A stretch of 64,000 nucleotides of DNA, taken from the NCBI RefSeq assembly GCF_001194135.2, contig NC_068981.1, forward strand, positions 115,839,045 through 115,903,044, written 5' to 3'. Below the pieces are notes generated by a model that saw nothing but the letters and a program-made list of their open reading frames with translations, did not search any database and had not been told where the DNA came from. The DNA is from Octopus bimaculoides. Lineage: Eukaryota. How positions within the stretch are numbered: the stretch's first letter is position 1; each line of letters starts with the position of its first letter. A program made the position numbers and the translations under genes. This document shows, in pieces, positions 1 through 12,254 of the stretch.

Positions 1-93
1 AATATTTTCACAGCCCACGTCTATGCCCCGCGCCCCACCTGAATTTTCTCAGGCCCCACCAGTGGGGCGTACGCCCCACCTTGGGAATCACTG
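1..93 (-). mobile_element. Terminal fragment of a hAT/Charlie-like DNA transposon or MITE
   Basis: Reverse complement starts CAGTGATTCCCAAGGTGGGG, resembling Charlie-type hAT termini. It includes an 18-bp perfect palindrome GTGGGGCGTACGCCCCAC (62-79). The other end lies outside the window. Confidence 0.45.
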
Positions 94-99
94 ATTTGG

Positions 100-790
100 G
101 ATATTAGCGTAGACACTTGAAAAAAATCTGCAACTTGGACACCAAGGCTAAGACGATACTGACACATCACCTATCATACTGACAAGATCTTTGTTAAACG
201 GAGGGATGGAACTAAAGGCATAAAATCAGTCCAAACGACTTTTCATTGCTTCATTGTGTCACTTAGGTAACACATATTGAACAGGAAGTGTTGACTAAAG
301 AAATAAGTACATCGCGTGTATAGTCATAGTGAATGTAACATCATCATTAAATTAAGCAAAGGACTCCGGGTTTACAGCTGCTCCATGTGAACCAAGGCTG
401 GTTGGACTGATTGATATATTTAGAGACTTGGAAGATAAATACTTATCATACCAGCAAAAAAGTACAAGAAAAAGAAAATTATACATGGGTATTATCGCGC
501 AAGCTAGCGAATGCCAACAACATTGACAGGAATAGCAGCTTCTCTTGGACTTGTGATAAGTACATTACATCTTATTAGAAGGTTGTGCCTTTACTGTCTA
601 AGAACAGAAAATAGACTTTAAATACCTACTTGATCAACATAAGAGATATGGATGCATCTAAACCTCCATGTTGTGACAGAAGGGTCGATTGTTCCAAAAT
701 TATGAGTAAGGCATCACTCACGGAACGTCTATTAGAGATTTTTTATACCTATATACCATATCCCACGACTGTGATGGCTATATCCTCGAT
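100..790 (+). mobile_element. Decayed R4-clade non-LTR retrotransposon fragment (post-RT region)
   Basis: Fragmentary translation gives DKIFVKRRDG (cf. DRLYLKSKQGGR at 40507-41256), NNIDRNSSFSWT (cf. SNIDHQSSVSWT) and a degenerate Cys-region. Many stops and frameshifts. Confidence 0.6.
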
Positions 791-1975
791 ACATTTAGGA
801 AAATTCTCATATTTATCTTTAGCAAGTTAGGTCTCAAAATCACAGTACACAAAATGATATTGTGATATTGTGAGATTGATTTTTCAAACACTTCCTTAGA
901 CGTAAACTTATACTCTTACAAGCTCTACTTATACTTAATGAAAAGCTTACGTATATACACAAACTTTTGCCAACCTCTGTCGTCTTTAAAAAATTCTCAG
1001 CCAATATTAATAAAAGGATATCTAAATCTCTTCTCATCTAAGAAAGTATTCGATAAGGCAGCCGCCCGCTGGCCAAAAGTGACTTCGAAAAGAAGATAGC
1101 TTTCACTTCGACCGTAACATGAATGAATCCTAAAAATAGACTTAGGAATATTATGTTTTGCCCCCCTTTTCCTTGAATGTTAAGAAAAAAAGAAAAGCAC
1201 TTCCCGGATAGCCAAAAGTATAAAAAAATCTTTAAAAAAGCCGTTCTCTGAAAGTTTCTCCTACTCGCTGTCTCAACATGAACAACATTATCACACGTAA
1301 ATTAGATCAGGCATCCACGCCAAAATGTACTCAACGTCATGCATAGTTAGTTCAGTTGTATACGAAGCTGAGGCGACCTTAGTTCTGCCGAACAACATAA
1401 CCAAAGAGAGAAAATATACTTGACTATAGGAAACTGACTAAAAAAATAAATATGCTGATCACTAGTCATATTTCTAGACCGTAGACAAGAAGAGAACCAC
1501 TTAGCTAGTTAGCCACATCTGGACCTGAAGGTCAGAAATACTCCACTCACCATCAAGTGGAGCATCATAGACCGATTTTCACCATACATTAAGTTCAACC
1601 AGACGCAGGCTTTCTCCATTTGCAAGATCTCAAACCGACCTATTGAACTCGAGATCGGAAAATTTGACAAGATACAAGCATCTCGACAACTTTCTGCTGT
1701 CGAAATGGAGAACACCACACTCTCTGTATTATGTATACATGCAAACTTCAACTCTTCTCCATCAGATCAACTCCATAGACCATTGTTAATTCATATATAA
1801 ATTTTACCATTATCTCCTTCTTACGGACCTAAGGGACATAACTCTTATCTTCCCCTTCTTCCAATTATTCCTTTTCTCGTATATTTAACTCTGTTGTTAT
1901 TTATTATTCTTTCTCGTTTTTTCTCAGCCTGATTGATTGGGATAAACTTAAAATTTATCTAAATGAAACTTAAAT
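790..1975 (+). mobile_element. Penelope-like element relic (RT C-terminus, linker, GIY-YIG endonuclease, 3' UTR)
   Basis: Broken reading gives LGLKITV..FLDVN, NINKRISK..KVFDKA, KHFPDSQKYKKIF, SVVYEAE, TIKWSIIDRFSPY and LNSRSENLTRYKHLDNFLL, the typical PLE RT/GIY-YIG motif order. A hammerhead-like word lies at 1928-1969. Confidence 0.75.
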
Positions 1976-2719
1976 TCAATTTCGTTAGATATGGACGTAA
2001 ACAACTATAACGATAAAATCAGCAAAAGGGAACTTAACAGAAAGGTCGATAAAAACTGTTTTATAAAATGTTTAGTACAATAACTATGCCACTCTTAATC
2101 AGTATACGTTTGTATAAATAATGTATATAGTTTTTCATTGAAAATACAAACCCCTAAACAAATATCATACTGAAATATTTTGACAATAACTGCTATATAT
2201 AGATTATTCATAAAGGAAAATACTATTTGAGATGCAGTCGATGTTGGAAACTAAACACCGGATGTCTCGGAATAGTGCCGGAAACGACCGAGCACAGTTG
2301 GTGACGACCGAGCACAGCCGGAGTCGATTGTAATAGCCAGAAGGTACTAAGCGCAAACGCAGGCGACCGAAAATAGCTGCAAGTGATGGAATGAAGTCGG
2401 AGTCGATAAACATAGCCCAAAGCGATCAAGTACAGCAGGAAAGACAACTTGCTGTAGCTGAAGGTGGGTGGCAGGAAACATATTTTCTTGTTAACTAACA
2501 TACACAGCTTTGAAAGAAAAATGAAGAAACAAAAATAAAAATGAAACGGTAGTTATACCATCAGACTTTTAATAAATTTAAGTCACTTTCTGAACGCACA
2601 TTACAAGTACTTAGTAGATTTGAGACGTTTGAACCCATATTTTGGAGGAATAAAAACGAGATCAATATTTATAAATTGATATCCCCACCACATGATCCTT
2701 CCCTTTATCCTTCTCGTCG

Positions 2720-2762
2720 CGTCGTCGTCGTCGTCATCATCATCATCATCGTCATCACCGTT

Positions 2763-2815
<53 letters not shown>
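2720..2815. repeat. (CGT)n/(CAT)n trinucleotide microsatellite
   Basis: Directly visible. Confidence 0.95.
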
Positions 2816-2829
2816 TACAGTTACAATAA

Positions 2830-3240
2830 TTATAAGTTTTGCTTAAAATTTATTATTATTGTTAACTGTTTACATAGACGTATTCGTACACGAAACGACG
2901 TAACTTGTAGTGCTGCTCTGAATTCTATAAGAAATCTATAGGGATAAACTTCAAAGTGAGAATATCGCTCTGCTAATACAATGTAAAGTACAATATTGAA
3001 TTGTAAACCTTTATTATATTTAGTCATATATTATGGCTATGAGACGAAATATTGTGTCTTTGCTAGCAATTAATACACACACACCCAGGTGAGCACATAA
3101 GTGCAAAAGAAGGTGGAAAAAATAGTACTCGAATACCAAAGGTAGATCAATATACTTTTTATTAAAGCTGCAAAATATCAGAAAGCTGTTACTCAGAGTT
3201 TCACATTTCCGATCGTCACACAGTTGCAATGAAAACTGTT
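2830..3240 (-). mobile_element. Possible highly decayed Penelope-like GIY-YIG relic
   Basis: Minus-strand LQFNIVLYIVLAERYS weakly resembles the PLE endonuclease C-half. GTGAAACTCTGAGTA hammerhead-like word at about 3190-3205. Confidence 0.3.
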
Positions 3241-3325
3241 ATGATGAATGTATATATATAGATACATATCGTCAGTAGATCATAGATTCGAAAGAGAAGA
3301 TGACTGTACCTTATAGAACAGTAGA

Positions 3326-3482
3326 GTAATTAGATAAAGATAGTTAATGGGATTACCAGGGTTTCACATGCAGAAAGCATTTATGGTCTCAGTCTGATGA
3401 GATGCAGTAACACTAAGCGCTTTATGGACGTGAAACCATGGGTAATCCCATACACTGGCCATAACTATCTTTATCTAATTAC
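3326..3482. repeat. Imperfect inverted repeat (fold-back) of about 157 bp
   Basis: GTAATTAGATAAAGATAGTTA (3326-3346) pairs with TAACTATCTTTATCTAATTAC (3462-3482). ATGGGATTACCAGGGTTTCAC pairs with GTGAAACCATGGGTAATCCCAT. Confidence 0.85.
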
Positions 3483-3483
3483 A

Positions 3484-3561
<78 letters not shown>

Positions 3562-3665
3562 TACAGGAAGTCACCAATGGTGCAAATAATATGAAATACG
3601 TAAACAAACGAGGGAAAACGAGTGAAATACATAAACAACGAGAAAAACTGGAAAAGATAGAAGGT

Positions 3666-3738
<73 letters not shown>
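3481..3738. repeat. (AC)n(AT)n and (AG)n microsatellites
   Basis: Directly visible at 3481-3559 and about 3667-3738. Confidence 0.95.
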
Positions 3739-3743
<5 letters not shown>

Positions 3744-3890
3744 CATCCGTTTATTTAAACGTCCGTGTAGGAAAAGAAAGATGGTCACGTGTAGAAAAGA
3801 AAGATGGACGATGGTCACGTCTGAACAACAAGATTCTTTAGCGAAAGGCGTCATAACTTGTCGGATCTTAATTTGATATAGACACTCTGA

Positions 3891-4114
3891 AGATGGCGAG
3901 CTAGCAGAATCATCAACACCCTTGGCAAAATGCATGGCATTTTGCATATCTTTACGTTCTGAGTTCAAATTCCGCCGAGACCAACTATGCAATTCATCCT
4001 TTCGGAGTAAAAAAAAATAAATAGAAGTTCTAGTTGAACGCTGGGGGTCGATGCAATCGACTCAAGCCCCAACTCTCAAATTACTGGCCTTGTACTTGAA
4101 TTTAAAACCAATTT
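3891..4114 (+). mobile_element. tRNA-derived SINE, family A
   Basis: Head GGCGAGCTAGCAGAATC (A-box-like), GTTCAAATTCC (B box) and shared body ...GGGGTCGAT...GGCCTTGT...; matches the other family-A copies in the window. Confidence 0.85.
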
Positions 4115-4457
4115 ACAGTCTAAATAATTCAAAGACATAGGGAAGTGTTGGCCTAACTTTCAGTCTTCAGGTTAAGGTTCGTGGCCTCCGTCTGAAGAAA
4201 AACATATCTCAACGTCCAACAAATCAATAAATAGAAAGAATAAAATAAGTAAGTTGTATAAGGAAAATGAGCAGAAAGAAAATTGAAAAACATGCGAATA
4301 ACCTTCAGTATTTCATTTGGGGAATTCCTGGGTCATGGTAGATTGACATTGCCACGGATATTTGTTGAGATTGGTAAGATAGAAAAGTGTTCACTGACAC
4401 CCCTAAACCAACACTAATACTTGTTTCATACACTAGAATGATGAGTTCAGAGTTTCG

Positions 4458-4777
4458 AAAGATACACACATATATATACATTATACATTCACGCAGAATC
4501 TCTGTGACATTGTGTGTAACAAGACTACCTTTTAATTACAAGTACAATCCATCCAAATGACTTCTATTTCCATCCACTCATAATAAAATGCACCGGAGTG
4601 GTTACCTATTGTACCTGAGACCTCGTGGTTGTGATGCGAACTATTCAACTATTTAACCATACTACCTCTATACAGAAACATACACACACGCCCGCGCATA
4701 TGATTATGTATATGCGTGTGTGTGTGGGTGCACCAGCATGACCGCAGCCACTTGGCTAAAACACATAAATAAATAAA

Positions 4778-4844
<67 letters not shown>

Positions 4845-4853
4845 ATGTGTGTA

Positions 4854-4885
<32 letters not shown>

Positions 4886-5194
4886 CTTATACACACATAC
4901 ACACACACTCAAACATACACGCACCCACACACACACGCATATACATAATCATATGCGCGGGCGTGTGTGTATGTTTCTGTATAGAGGTAGTATGGTTAAA
5001 TAGTTGAATAGTTCGCATCACAACCACGAGGTCTCAGGTACAATAGGTAACCACTCCGGTGCATTTTATTATGAGTGGATGGAAATAGAAGTCATTTGGA
5101 TGGATTGTACTTGTAATTAAAAGGTAGTCTTGTTACACACAATGTCACAGAGATTCTGCGTGAATGTATAATGTATATATATGTGTGTATCTTT
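4458..5194. repeat. Apparently perfect 274-bp inverted duplication around a (GT)n spacer
   Basis: 4458-4731 is the reverse complement of 4921-5194. ORFs 4649..4936(-) and 4785..5003(+) end in the identical peptide HIHNHMRGRVCMFLYRGSMVK. Confidence 0.9.
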
Positions 5195-5375
5195 TATCTT
5201 TTACTTGTTTTAGTCATTAGACAGCGGCCATACTGGTGCACCACTTTGACGAATTTTTTAGTCGAATGAACTTTTAGCCCTGATACGTATTCTATCGGTC
5301 TCTTTTGCTGAATAGCTAAGATACGTGGCCGTAAACACACCATCACCGGTTATCAAGTGGTAGTGGTGGTGGCAG
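5195..5375 (-). mobile_element. SINE family B, 3' half
   Basis: Reverse complement ...GGTGCACCAGTATGGCCGCTGTCTAATGACTAAAACAAGTAAAAGATAAAA matches the tails at 52550-52610 and 63200-63248. Confidence 0.8.
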
Positions 5376-5437
5376 GACAAATGCAGACACAATACACCAC
5401 ACACACACAAACACAAACACACACACTCACACACACG

Positions 5438-5469
<32 letters not shown>

Positions 5470-5475
5470 CATACA

Positions 5476-6010
5476 CAGTGTAACAGCAAAACTGTGATGC
5501 TCACAAATTCTTAAAACATTTTAAAACCAATGGACTTATCGATTTGCAATTTCACGTTTTTCAGTAAGACGTTCGACCATACTAACACCAGTTTTTGTAT
5601 GAATCAGGGAAATGCCCATTGAGAAATTTAGCTAGAAAGAGAACAGGCTGAAGTGTTTTGGGCCAGCCTTACCATGTCTTCCCAACTAACCAATGTTCAG
5701 AGTGTTAAGATCATCCAAGCCTTCAGTAATGGTACCAACATTCATTCTCTAGCTTCCATCTTCAAAGTCCATTCAAGAACCATCAAGATTATTGTGAATA
5801 AGTTTGAGAAAGAGGGAATAGTGTAAAGGAAAACAGGATCACGAGATCATCACCACAAGAAGGATCATCATTTCAGTCTGGAGCTGAAGAGAGCAATTAG
5901 AAGAGATCCAGCTCAATCCATAAGACGCTTGGCATGTGAGACTTTCAGGAGTTTCAGCCATGACACTTCAAAGATCGGTGACAGAAACTTGAAAATGAAA
6001 TCGTATTGAG
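5476..6010 (+). mobile_element. Tc1/mariner transposon 5' relic (terminus plus paired-HTH region of transposase)
   Basis: Starts CAGTG. ATG at about 5674 gives MSSQLTNVQSVKIIQAFSNGTNIHSLASIFKVHSRTIKIIVNKFEKEGIV*RKTGSR, then ELKRAIRRDPAQSIRRLA...MKSY, the bipartite HTH pattern. No DDE domain. Confidence 0.7.
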
Positions 6011-7398
6011 ATTTGTTATGTTCAGGTTTTGAATGATGCAAATACCTGGATTCTTTCTAAATATCCTGAAGCAAGAGATGAGAGAAAGGCCAAAAGATCG
6101 CTAAGGACTTACTTAAGAGGATTAGATTTAGGGCATAAGAGTAATAAGGTTACCATAAAGAAAAACATGTTCGGTTTCTGTTTTGAGATGTTATAAATAT
6201 CCCACCCCAACCAAGAAACAGCCTTCGTGCCCTTTGAGTGAATCGAATCTCGACACAAGAAAGCTGTCTTATAACAAATGTCACGGTGATTTAGTAAAAT
6301 TTTGTAACTCCAATTACATTCCGTTTATTCAGATAGAGCGAAAATATGTGCGAGACCCATAGCCTACTATAGACACCTTGCCACGAATATAGCAACAATC
6401 TATTAAAAATACTGTGCTCTTAATTTAGGAACTAAGGAAATAATTATCATTCTAAATATATCTGGTAGAGTAGAATATTTGCATTGCGTAACCATGGATT
6501 ACTTAAAAACATATTGAAGATAATTTCTTTCTCCTGCTTCAAATGCAGATGAATAAAGCGTGAATGTGTAATTTTTCTCAACATATACGAATATACGAAT
6601 TTTGAAAGTGTTTAGTTACAAAAAATTATTGTTTAAATGTGCCGTCGAAAGGGAAAAGATCCGAATTTTGTTTCACTATAATTATATTTCAATAAGTGAT
6701 TTAGTTTTACTATTAATCTGCACTATAGAAACTGTTTGAAATTTTCAATAATTCATTTTAGGTCAAACATTGTGAAATAAGAGATTGCTCGTTACTTGAT
6801 ACATTGTAGACTTACTTTGGAAAAAGATTCCACTCCCTCAGATTCGGTCGTTACCATCATGAGAGACGACTCGTTTACGAATGGATGCATATAGGAAGGT
6901 GTCCATCAGCATATTCAAAGATAGATTTATATATCTTAATGTAGACGAAACTAAATTCTTATATCTATTAGACTGAGAAACGGTAACGAAACTCCGTTGG
7001 TTTCTGAAGAGTAGTTGATCCGTGTAGTATTTGGGTTCAGAGTCGTGGACGAAATTCATTTTATCATTTCTGTCCTCAATCTTTCGTAAGGAAAAACAGT
7101 ATAAAGTCCTATACAATTAATAAATATTTAAGCTGTCAACACATATGACTATTTGCCTCCCAAGCACCAAATGGAATCTGATATACCATGCATTGAGGTT
7201 TAAAGAGAAAGAGAAAAAGATAGGGAGAAAGCGAAATGTAAAGGTGTCCCTCAAAAGAATGAATTATGGCTTGCATGTTACAATACACTGCAATACTTCA
7301 AAATCATCCGACCGTTTTCTTTACTGATAACGATCAGATATACGATACGGACGAGATACTCTGCTACGTTTTTGTACGAATGTAGACACGCGCACTCG

Positions 7399-7448
<50 letters not shown>

Positions 7449-7488
7449 TATGTGTGTATGCATATATAGACACATTCATGCTTGTATG

Positions 7489-7520
<32 letters not shown>

Positions 7521-7728
7521 TAAACATATACACATATATACATATTTGTACACACAGAGATATATATGTATATGTGTATACTTTAATATATATATGTTTG
7601 TATGTGTATATATACGAATTTGAATAGAAAATTTCCTTTTCTTTGAAGCATTATTTTGAAGACGTGATTTTCATGATACATGAAACATCTTTGAGTTTAA
7701 AAACTTTTCATAAATTTCTTTGTAATAA

Positions 7729-7787
7729 GGCGGTGAGCTGCCAGAAACGTTAGAACGACGGGCGAAATGCTTAGCAGTATTTCGTCT
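7729..7787 (+). mobile_element. SINE family A, 5' part (split by the Tx1 LINE)
   Basis: GGCGGTGAGCTGCCAGAAACGTTAG...GCTTAGCAGTATTTCGTCT stops abruptly; the remainder resumes at 12255. Confidence 0.9.
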
Positions 7788-7966
7788 CTGTGAGTTGGGA
7801 GTGTTGGTATTGTTACCGAAGTACGTTGATATAGTAAGTGTAGTTTCTGTTGACTGTTCCCGTGTTGTTGCCTGTTGTATTTGCTGTACCTGTTTATATT
7901 TGTATAATAATTCGAAAACTATTGTGTGTTTTCCCATGTGTGGGGGAAACATTAATTGCTGGCAAG

Positions 7967-8960
7967 ATGCCAAAATGCTTGTCTTCGTCTAACGAGGATT
8001 CGACAGATTTAGAGGCCAAAAAAGCGGAAAAAATATAATTGAAAGCTGTTTCAGATTCGTCTGAAAATGAATTCCCAATTTTTCCGAGGACTCCCGTTGC
8101 AAGGAGGAACATCGAGGTGAAAAGCCTTCAAACGGAGGAAGGCAAACAGAAAAGAAGTTTTGCGTCTGCAGTTGGAGATAGAACTCGCCAACTGTCGACG
8201 AATAAAAGTGATTTGTTGATGTACAAGGACATGATTATAATTCAAGATGGCGTTGTCAAGGTTCAACCACCAGAAGGGTTTTAACTGACAGAAAGGAAAA
8301 AAAAACTATCATATTCAAGACGTACTGCGAAAAAGAAAGAAAAATCGAGCGAGCAAGCGAGGAGAAGGTAGAAAAATGTTTAAAGCCCATCTGGCCAGAG
8401 GGAAAAAATTCTGTACCATCAAGGTACACCTAAAGAATATTGAAACGGCACAATTGCACTCGGTGAAATCATTGGAAACAGAAGACGTAATTTTAATACC
8501 AATATACATGGGTATGAGGATAACCAAAATACGAATACTAAAGGTCTCACCTCAATTCGACCCTATGTGGTTGATGGCGGAAGTCTTGTCAGAAAGAATA
8601 CATGAGATAAACTTACTTCAGGCTACCTTCTCTGAAAAAGCAAATTGGACCGGCCACACGGTCCACCTGATTAATCAAACAGAACAAGCTGTATTGGAAC
8701 AGCTTCCAGAAAAAATAGAAGTTGTGGAGGAGTTCTTCAACGTTTTTGTCGAGGGGCGTAAATCCTGATGTTTTCAGTGTGGCCAGCTAGGCCATATAAA
8801 AAAAAATACTGTAAGGAAGGCGAGGAGGAATCTGAAGATGAGGAGGGAGAGAAAGAAAAAGAAACAGAAAAGAAAGTCACTAGCAAAAGAAAAATAGAAA
8901 ATGTAAACTAACCAAAACAAATAGAACCACGACCAAAGAAGACAGCAAAAAGAGTCCAAT
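7967..8960 (+). pseudogene. Tx1 ORF1 (gag-like, CCHC zinc knuckle), disrupted
   Basis: ATG 7967 MPKCLSSS... is in frame with 8039..8284. After a frameshift it continues in 8376..8768 ...VFVEGRKS*CFQCGQLGHIKK..C (Cx2Cx4Hx4C, with an A-run slip). K/E-rich tail. Confidence 0.75.
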
Positions 8961-11362
8961 CAGGCTAGTCGCTATTTATGTACCCAACATTATGGGCCCG
9001 CAAAGTGAATATTTTCGTGACCTTGGCAAGTTCCTGGCCACGTCGCATTCACTAGTATTGTTAGGAGACTTTAACAGAATATATGACGCACACACAGATT
9101 GTGTTGGCTCAAACATGAACAGAAAATGTAACCCAGGCTTACGGGATCTGCTAAGTCACTTTCAGCTAGCAGATCCATATAGCTTGGAACACCCGAACAC
9201 TCCACAGTGTACGTGGTCAAATAGTGACGGGTCTTCCAGAACATATCTATATAAGATTTTAATTAGAGAAACAGATAAGTCCATAGCTAAGTGTCCACAA
9301 TTTTTTCTAGTCAGCTACAGTGACCACAAGATGGTTACCTGTAAACTAACGGTAGATAAGTGGCATAGTCAGGGATCTGGCTACTGGAAACTCAATATGT
9401 TCCTTTTGGCGATTGGGAAGTACAGAACGCGGATCGAGATGTTTGTACAGAGGGCATTAACAGGTACCATCATTAGTGGTACGCCCTAAAAAGAGCCATC
9501 AAATATGAGACTATTAAGTTTAGCATAAGTTTAGCTAAGAAGGGACGTAGAATAGGAAATTGTCTAGTTAAGGAACTAGAAGAAACTTGGAGGACTGGTA
9601 ATGCGGACCAAGCGAGGTTGAAAAGACTGGAGTTAAACCAGCATCTTGACGCCCAACACATGGGAAGTATTGCCAGAGCTAAGTTACGTGCGATGAGAAG
9701 TGAAGGAATCAATGCCGTTGGAAGGGCCCGAGTGGTGGAAGCTCGACAAGGAAATAGTTCCACTATTCGGTCTTTGACGAATCAAAATGGTGTCTTGGCA
9801 AGCGAACCCACCCGAGAAAATGTGTGAGGCCTTTTGGGAGTACTTCGCCCAGCTGTTCGGAGGTGACGGCGGTCCTGGTGATGGGAGAGCTCTCGAGGAC
9901 TTTCTTGCCGGGCTGTCGTGTCTCTCGGGGTCGGATGCGGAGTCTTGCGAAGAGTCAATTACGCTAGTGGAGGTGATGGAGGCTTTGGCCGACTGTAAAG
10001 CGAGTAAGTCGCTGGGACTTGATGATCTTCCGTACGAGCTGTATAAATGTATGCCAGACTTGTTCGGGAATCTACTGGCTGACGTTTACGCGAACTGGCA
10101 ACAGAATGGGTTTATCCCCATATCTGTGCGCCGGGAAGTAGTGATGTTGGTCAGAAAGGACCCGGACAAGGGTGACGTTATAGAGAATTTCAGGCCCATC
10201 ACTCTGTTAAACGCAGAAGTGAAGATTTTGGCCAAGGTCTTAGCGAAAAGGTTGGCGCGTGTCGCGAATGGTATAGTCGGGGAGGCACAGACATGTGCCA
10301 TCGCAAGCAGAACCATTCAGGATACCCTCCATCTTATTCGCTATACCATAGAGAGAGTTGATAATAAATCTGCTAAAGGTGGGGCATTGGTACATTTGGA
10401 CCAGTCTAAAGCTTTTGATAGGGTTGACCATCGATACCGGGCGGCTGTGCTTGCGCGGTTCGGCCTGGACCTTGGCTTCCTCAGGTGGTTTATCGCTTTG
10501 TACCACAACATTGACTCGATAGTTNNNNNNNNNNNNNNNNNNNNNNNNNNNNNNNNNNNNNNNNNNNNNNNNNNNNNNNNNNNNNNNNNNNNNNNNNNNN
10601 NNNNNNNNNNNNNNNNNNNNNNNNNNNNNNNNNNNNNNNNNCACTTTTGTATGTAGTGGCTCTCGAGCCCCTACTGCGAAGGCTGAGTGGCATCCCGAGA
10701 GAACCACGTCTGGAGGAGTTTGTTTGGGCTGACGCGGATGATATCACTATCAGCGTAACCTCAGTAGCACGACTACGTGAAGTGGGAAAGACTATTGAGG
10801 CTTACGAGGAGGTGGCAGGAGCAAAGATTAGCCGGGAAAAGTCGGTCGGCTTGCAGCTCGGCACCTGGGTTGGCAAGTCGATGCCTTCAGACAGCGTTGT
10901 TGGGCGCTAGACGGAGAGACCGGTTAAGTTGCTGGGACTTGGTTTTGGACCAGGCCTCCAGGTAGAGAACTGGACAGAGGTATTGAGCAGAGTGGCTGCA
11001 GTAGTCAAGACAAAGTCTTGGCGGTGGCTATCCCTGAAAGGGAGGGCGGAGGTGGCCAATGTGTTTATTGCATCGGTCATTACCTACCGCCTGACCGTCG
11101 TGCCCTGTCCGGATTCATGGTTGATCAGGTTGGAGAGACAGCTCTTTCACTTTTTGTGGAAGTGCAGGTCGCCACTTGTTATACGCTCTGTCTGCTGTCA
11201 AAAGCCTTTAGAGGGAGGTTTAGGGATGCCTTGGTTAATGATGCGCAGGCATGCGTTGAGATTGAGGTACCTCTGGATTCTCCTGGATAGTGAACGGGTG
11301 TGGTCTCCGCTGGCCAGACAAATGTTCCCCGAGTTCAAAAGTTTTTGCAAACAGGAAGCCTG
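8961..11362 (+). pseudogene. Tx1 ORF2 (AP endonuclease plus reverse transcriptase), frameshifted
   Basis: APE motifs AIYVPN, LLGDFN, SDHKMV, GSGYWKLN. RT motifs NFRPITLLNAEVKILAKVLAKRL, LDQSKAFDRVDH, DADD (mutated YADD), GAKISREKS, SLKGRAEVANVFIAS. The APE N-terminus is deleted at about 8960. Confidence 0.92.
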
Positions 11363-12254
11363 NNNNNNNNNNNNNNNNNNNNNNNNNNNNNNNNNNNNNN
11401 NNNNNNNNNNNNNNNNNNNNNNNNNNNNNNNNNNNNNNNNNNNNNNNNNNNNNNNNNNNNNNNNNNNNNNNNNNNNNNNNNNNNNNNNNNNNNNNNNNNN
11501 NNNNNNNNNNNNNNNNNNNNNNNNNNNNNNNNNNNNNNNNNNNNNNNNNNNNNNNNNNNNNNNNNNNNNNNNNNNNNNNNNNNNNNNNNNNNNNNNNNNN
11601 NNNNNNNNNNNNNNNNNNNNNNNNNNNNNNNNNNNNNNNNNNNNNNNNNNNNNNNNNNNNNNNNNNNNNNNNNNNNNNNNNNNNNNNNNNNNNNNNNNNN
11701 NNNNNNNNNNNNNNNNNNNNNNNNNNNNNNNNNNNNNNNNNNNNNNNNNNNNNNNNNNNNNNNNNNNNNNNNNNNNNNNNNNNNNNNNNNNNNNNNNNNN
11801 NNNNNNNNNNNNNNNNNNNNNNNNNNNNNNNNNNNNNNNNNNNNNNNNNNNNNNNNNNNNNNNNNNNNNNNNNNNNNNNNNNNNNNNNNNNNNNNNNNNN
11901 NNNNNNNNNNNNNNNNNNNNNNNNNNNNNNNNNNNNNNNNNNNNNNNNNNNNNNNNNNNNNNNNNNNNNNNNNNNNNNNNNNNNNNNNNNNNNNNNNNNN
12001 NNNNNNNNNNNNNNNNNNNNNNNNNAAAAAAGAAAAGAAAAATGTGCCAGCGATAGATCGGGGCTTGTGGGGTCGGAGCGTGGCCTGATCATCGCTTCAT
12101 TTGTGTTGTCTAACGTACTGTTAATATCATTCGATTTTTTATATTTTATATAATTTTTAAAGTCATATTTTATGTAAACCATTCGCATTACTGATCCCAA
12201 TCAGTTGTTTTGTACCATTCTATTTTTAGCCCCCCGTGGGCAATAAAGAAATTG

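Larger units (their letters stand above)
7788..12253 (+). mobile_element. L1/Tx1-clade non-LTR retrotransposon, 5'-complete but mutated, inserted in a SINE
   Basis: About 180-bp 5' UTR, ORF1 with zinc knuckle, ORF2 APE+RT, 3' end GGGCAATAAAGAAAT. 11-bp TSD GTATTTCGTCT (7777-7787) / GTATTTTGTCT (12255-12265). Two N-gaps lie inside. Confidence 0.92.

Noticed and set aside
11235-12200. Long ORFs of 260-375 aa
   Set aside because: Their length comes from N-gaps; only the flanking Tx1 ORF2 portion is real.
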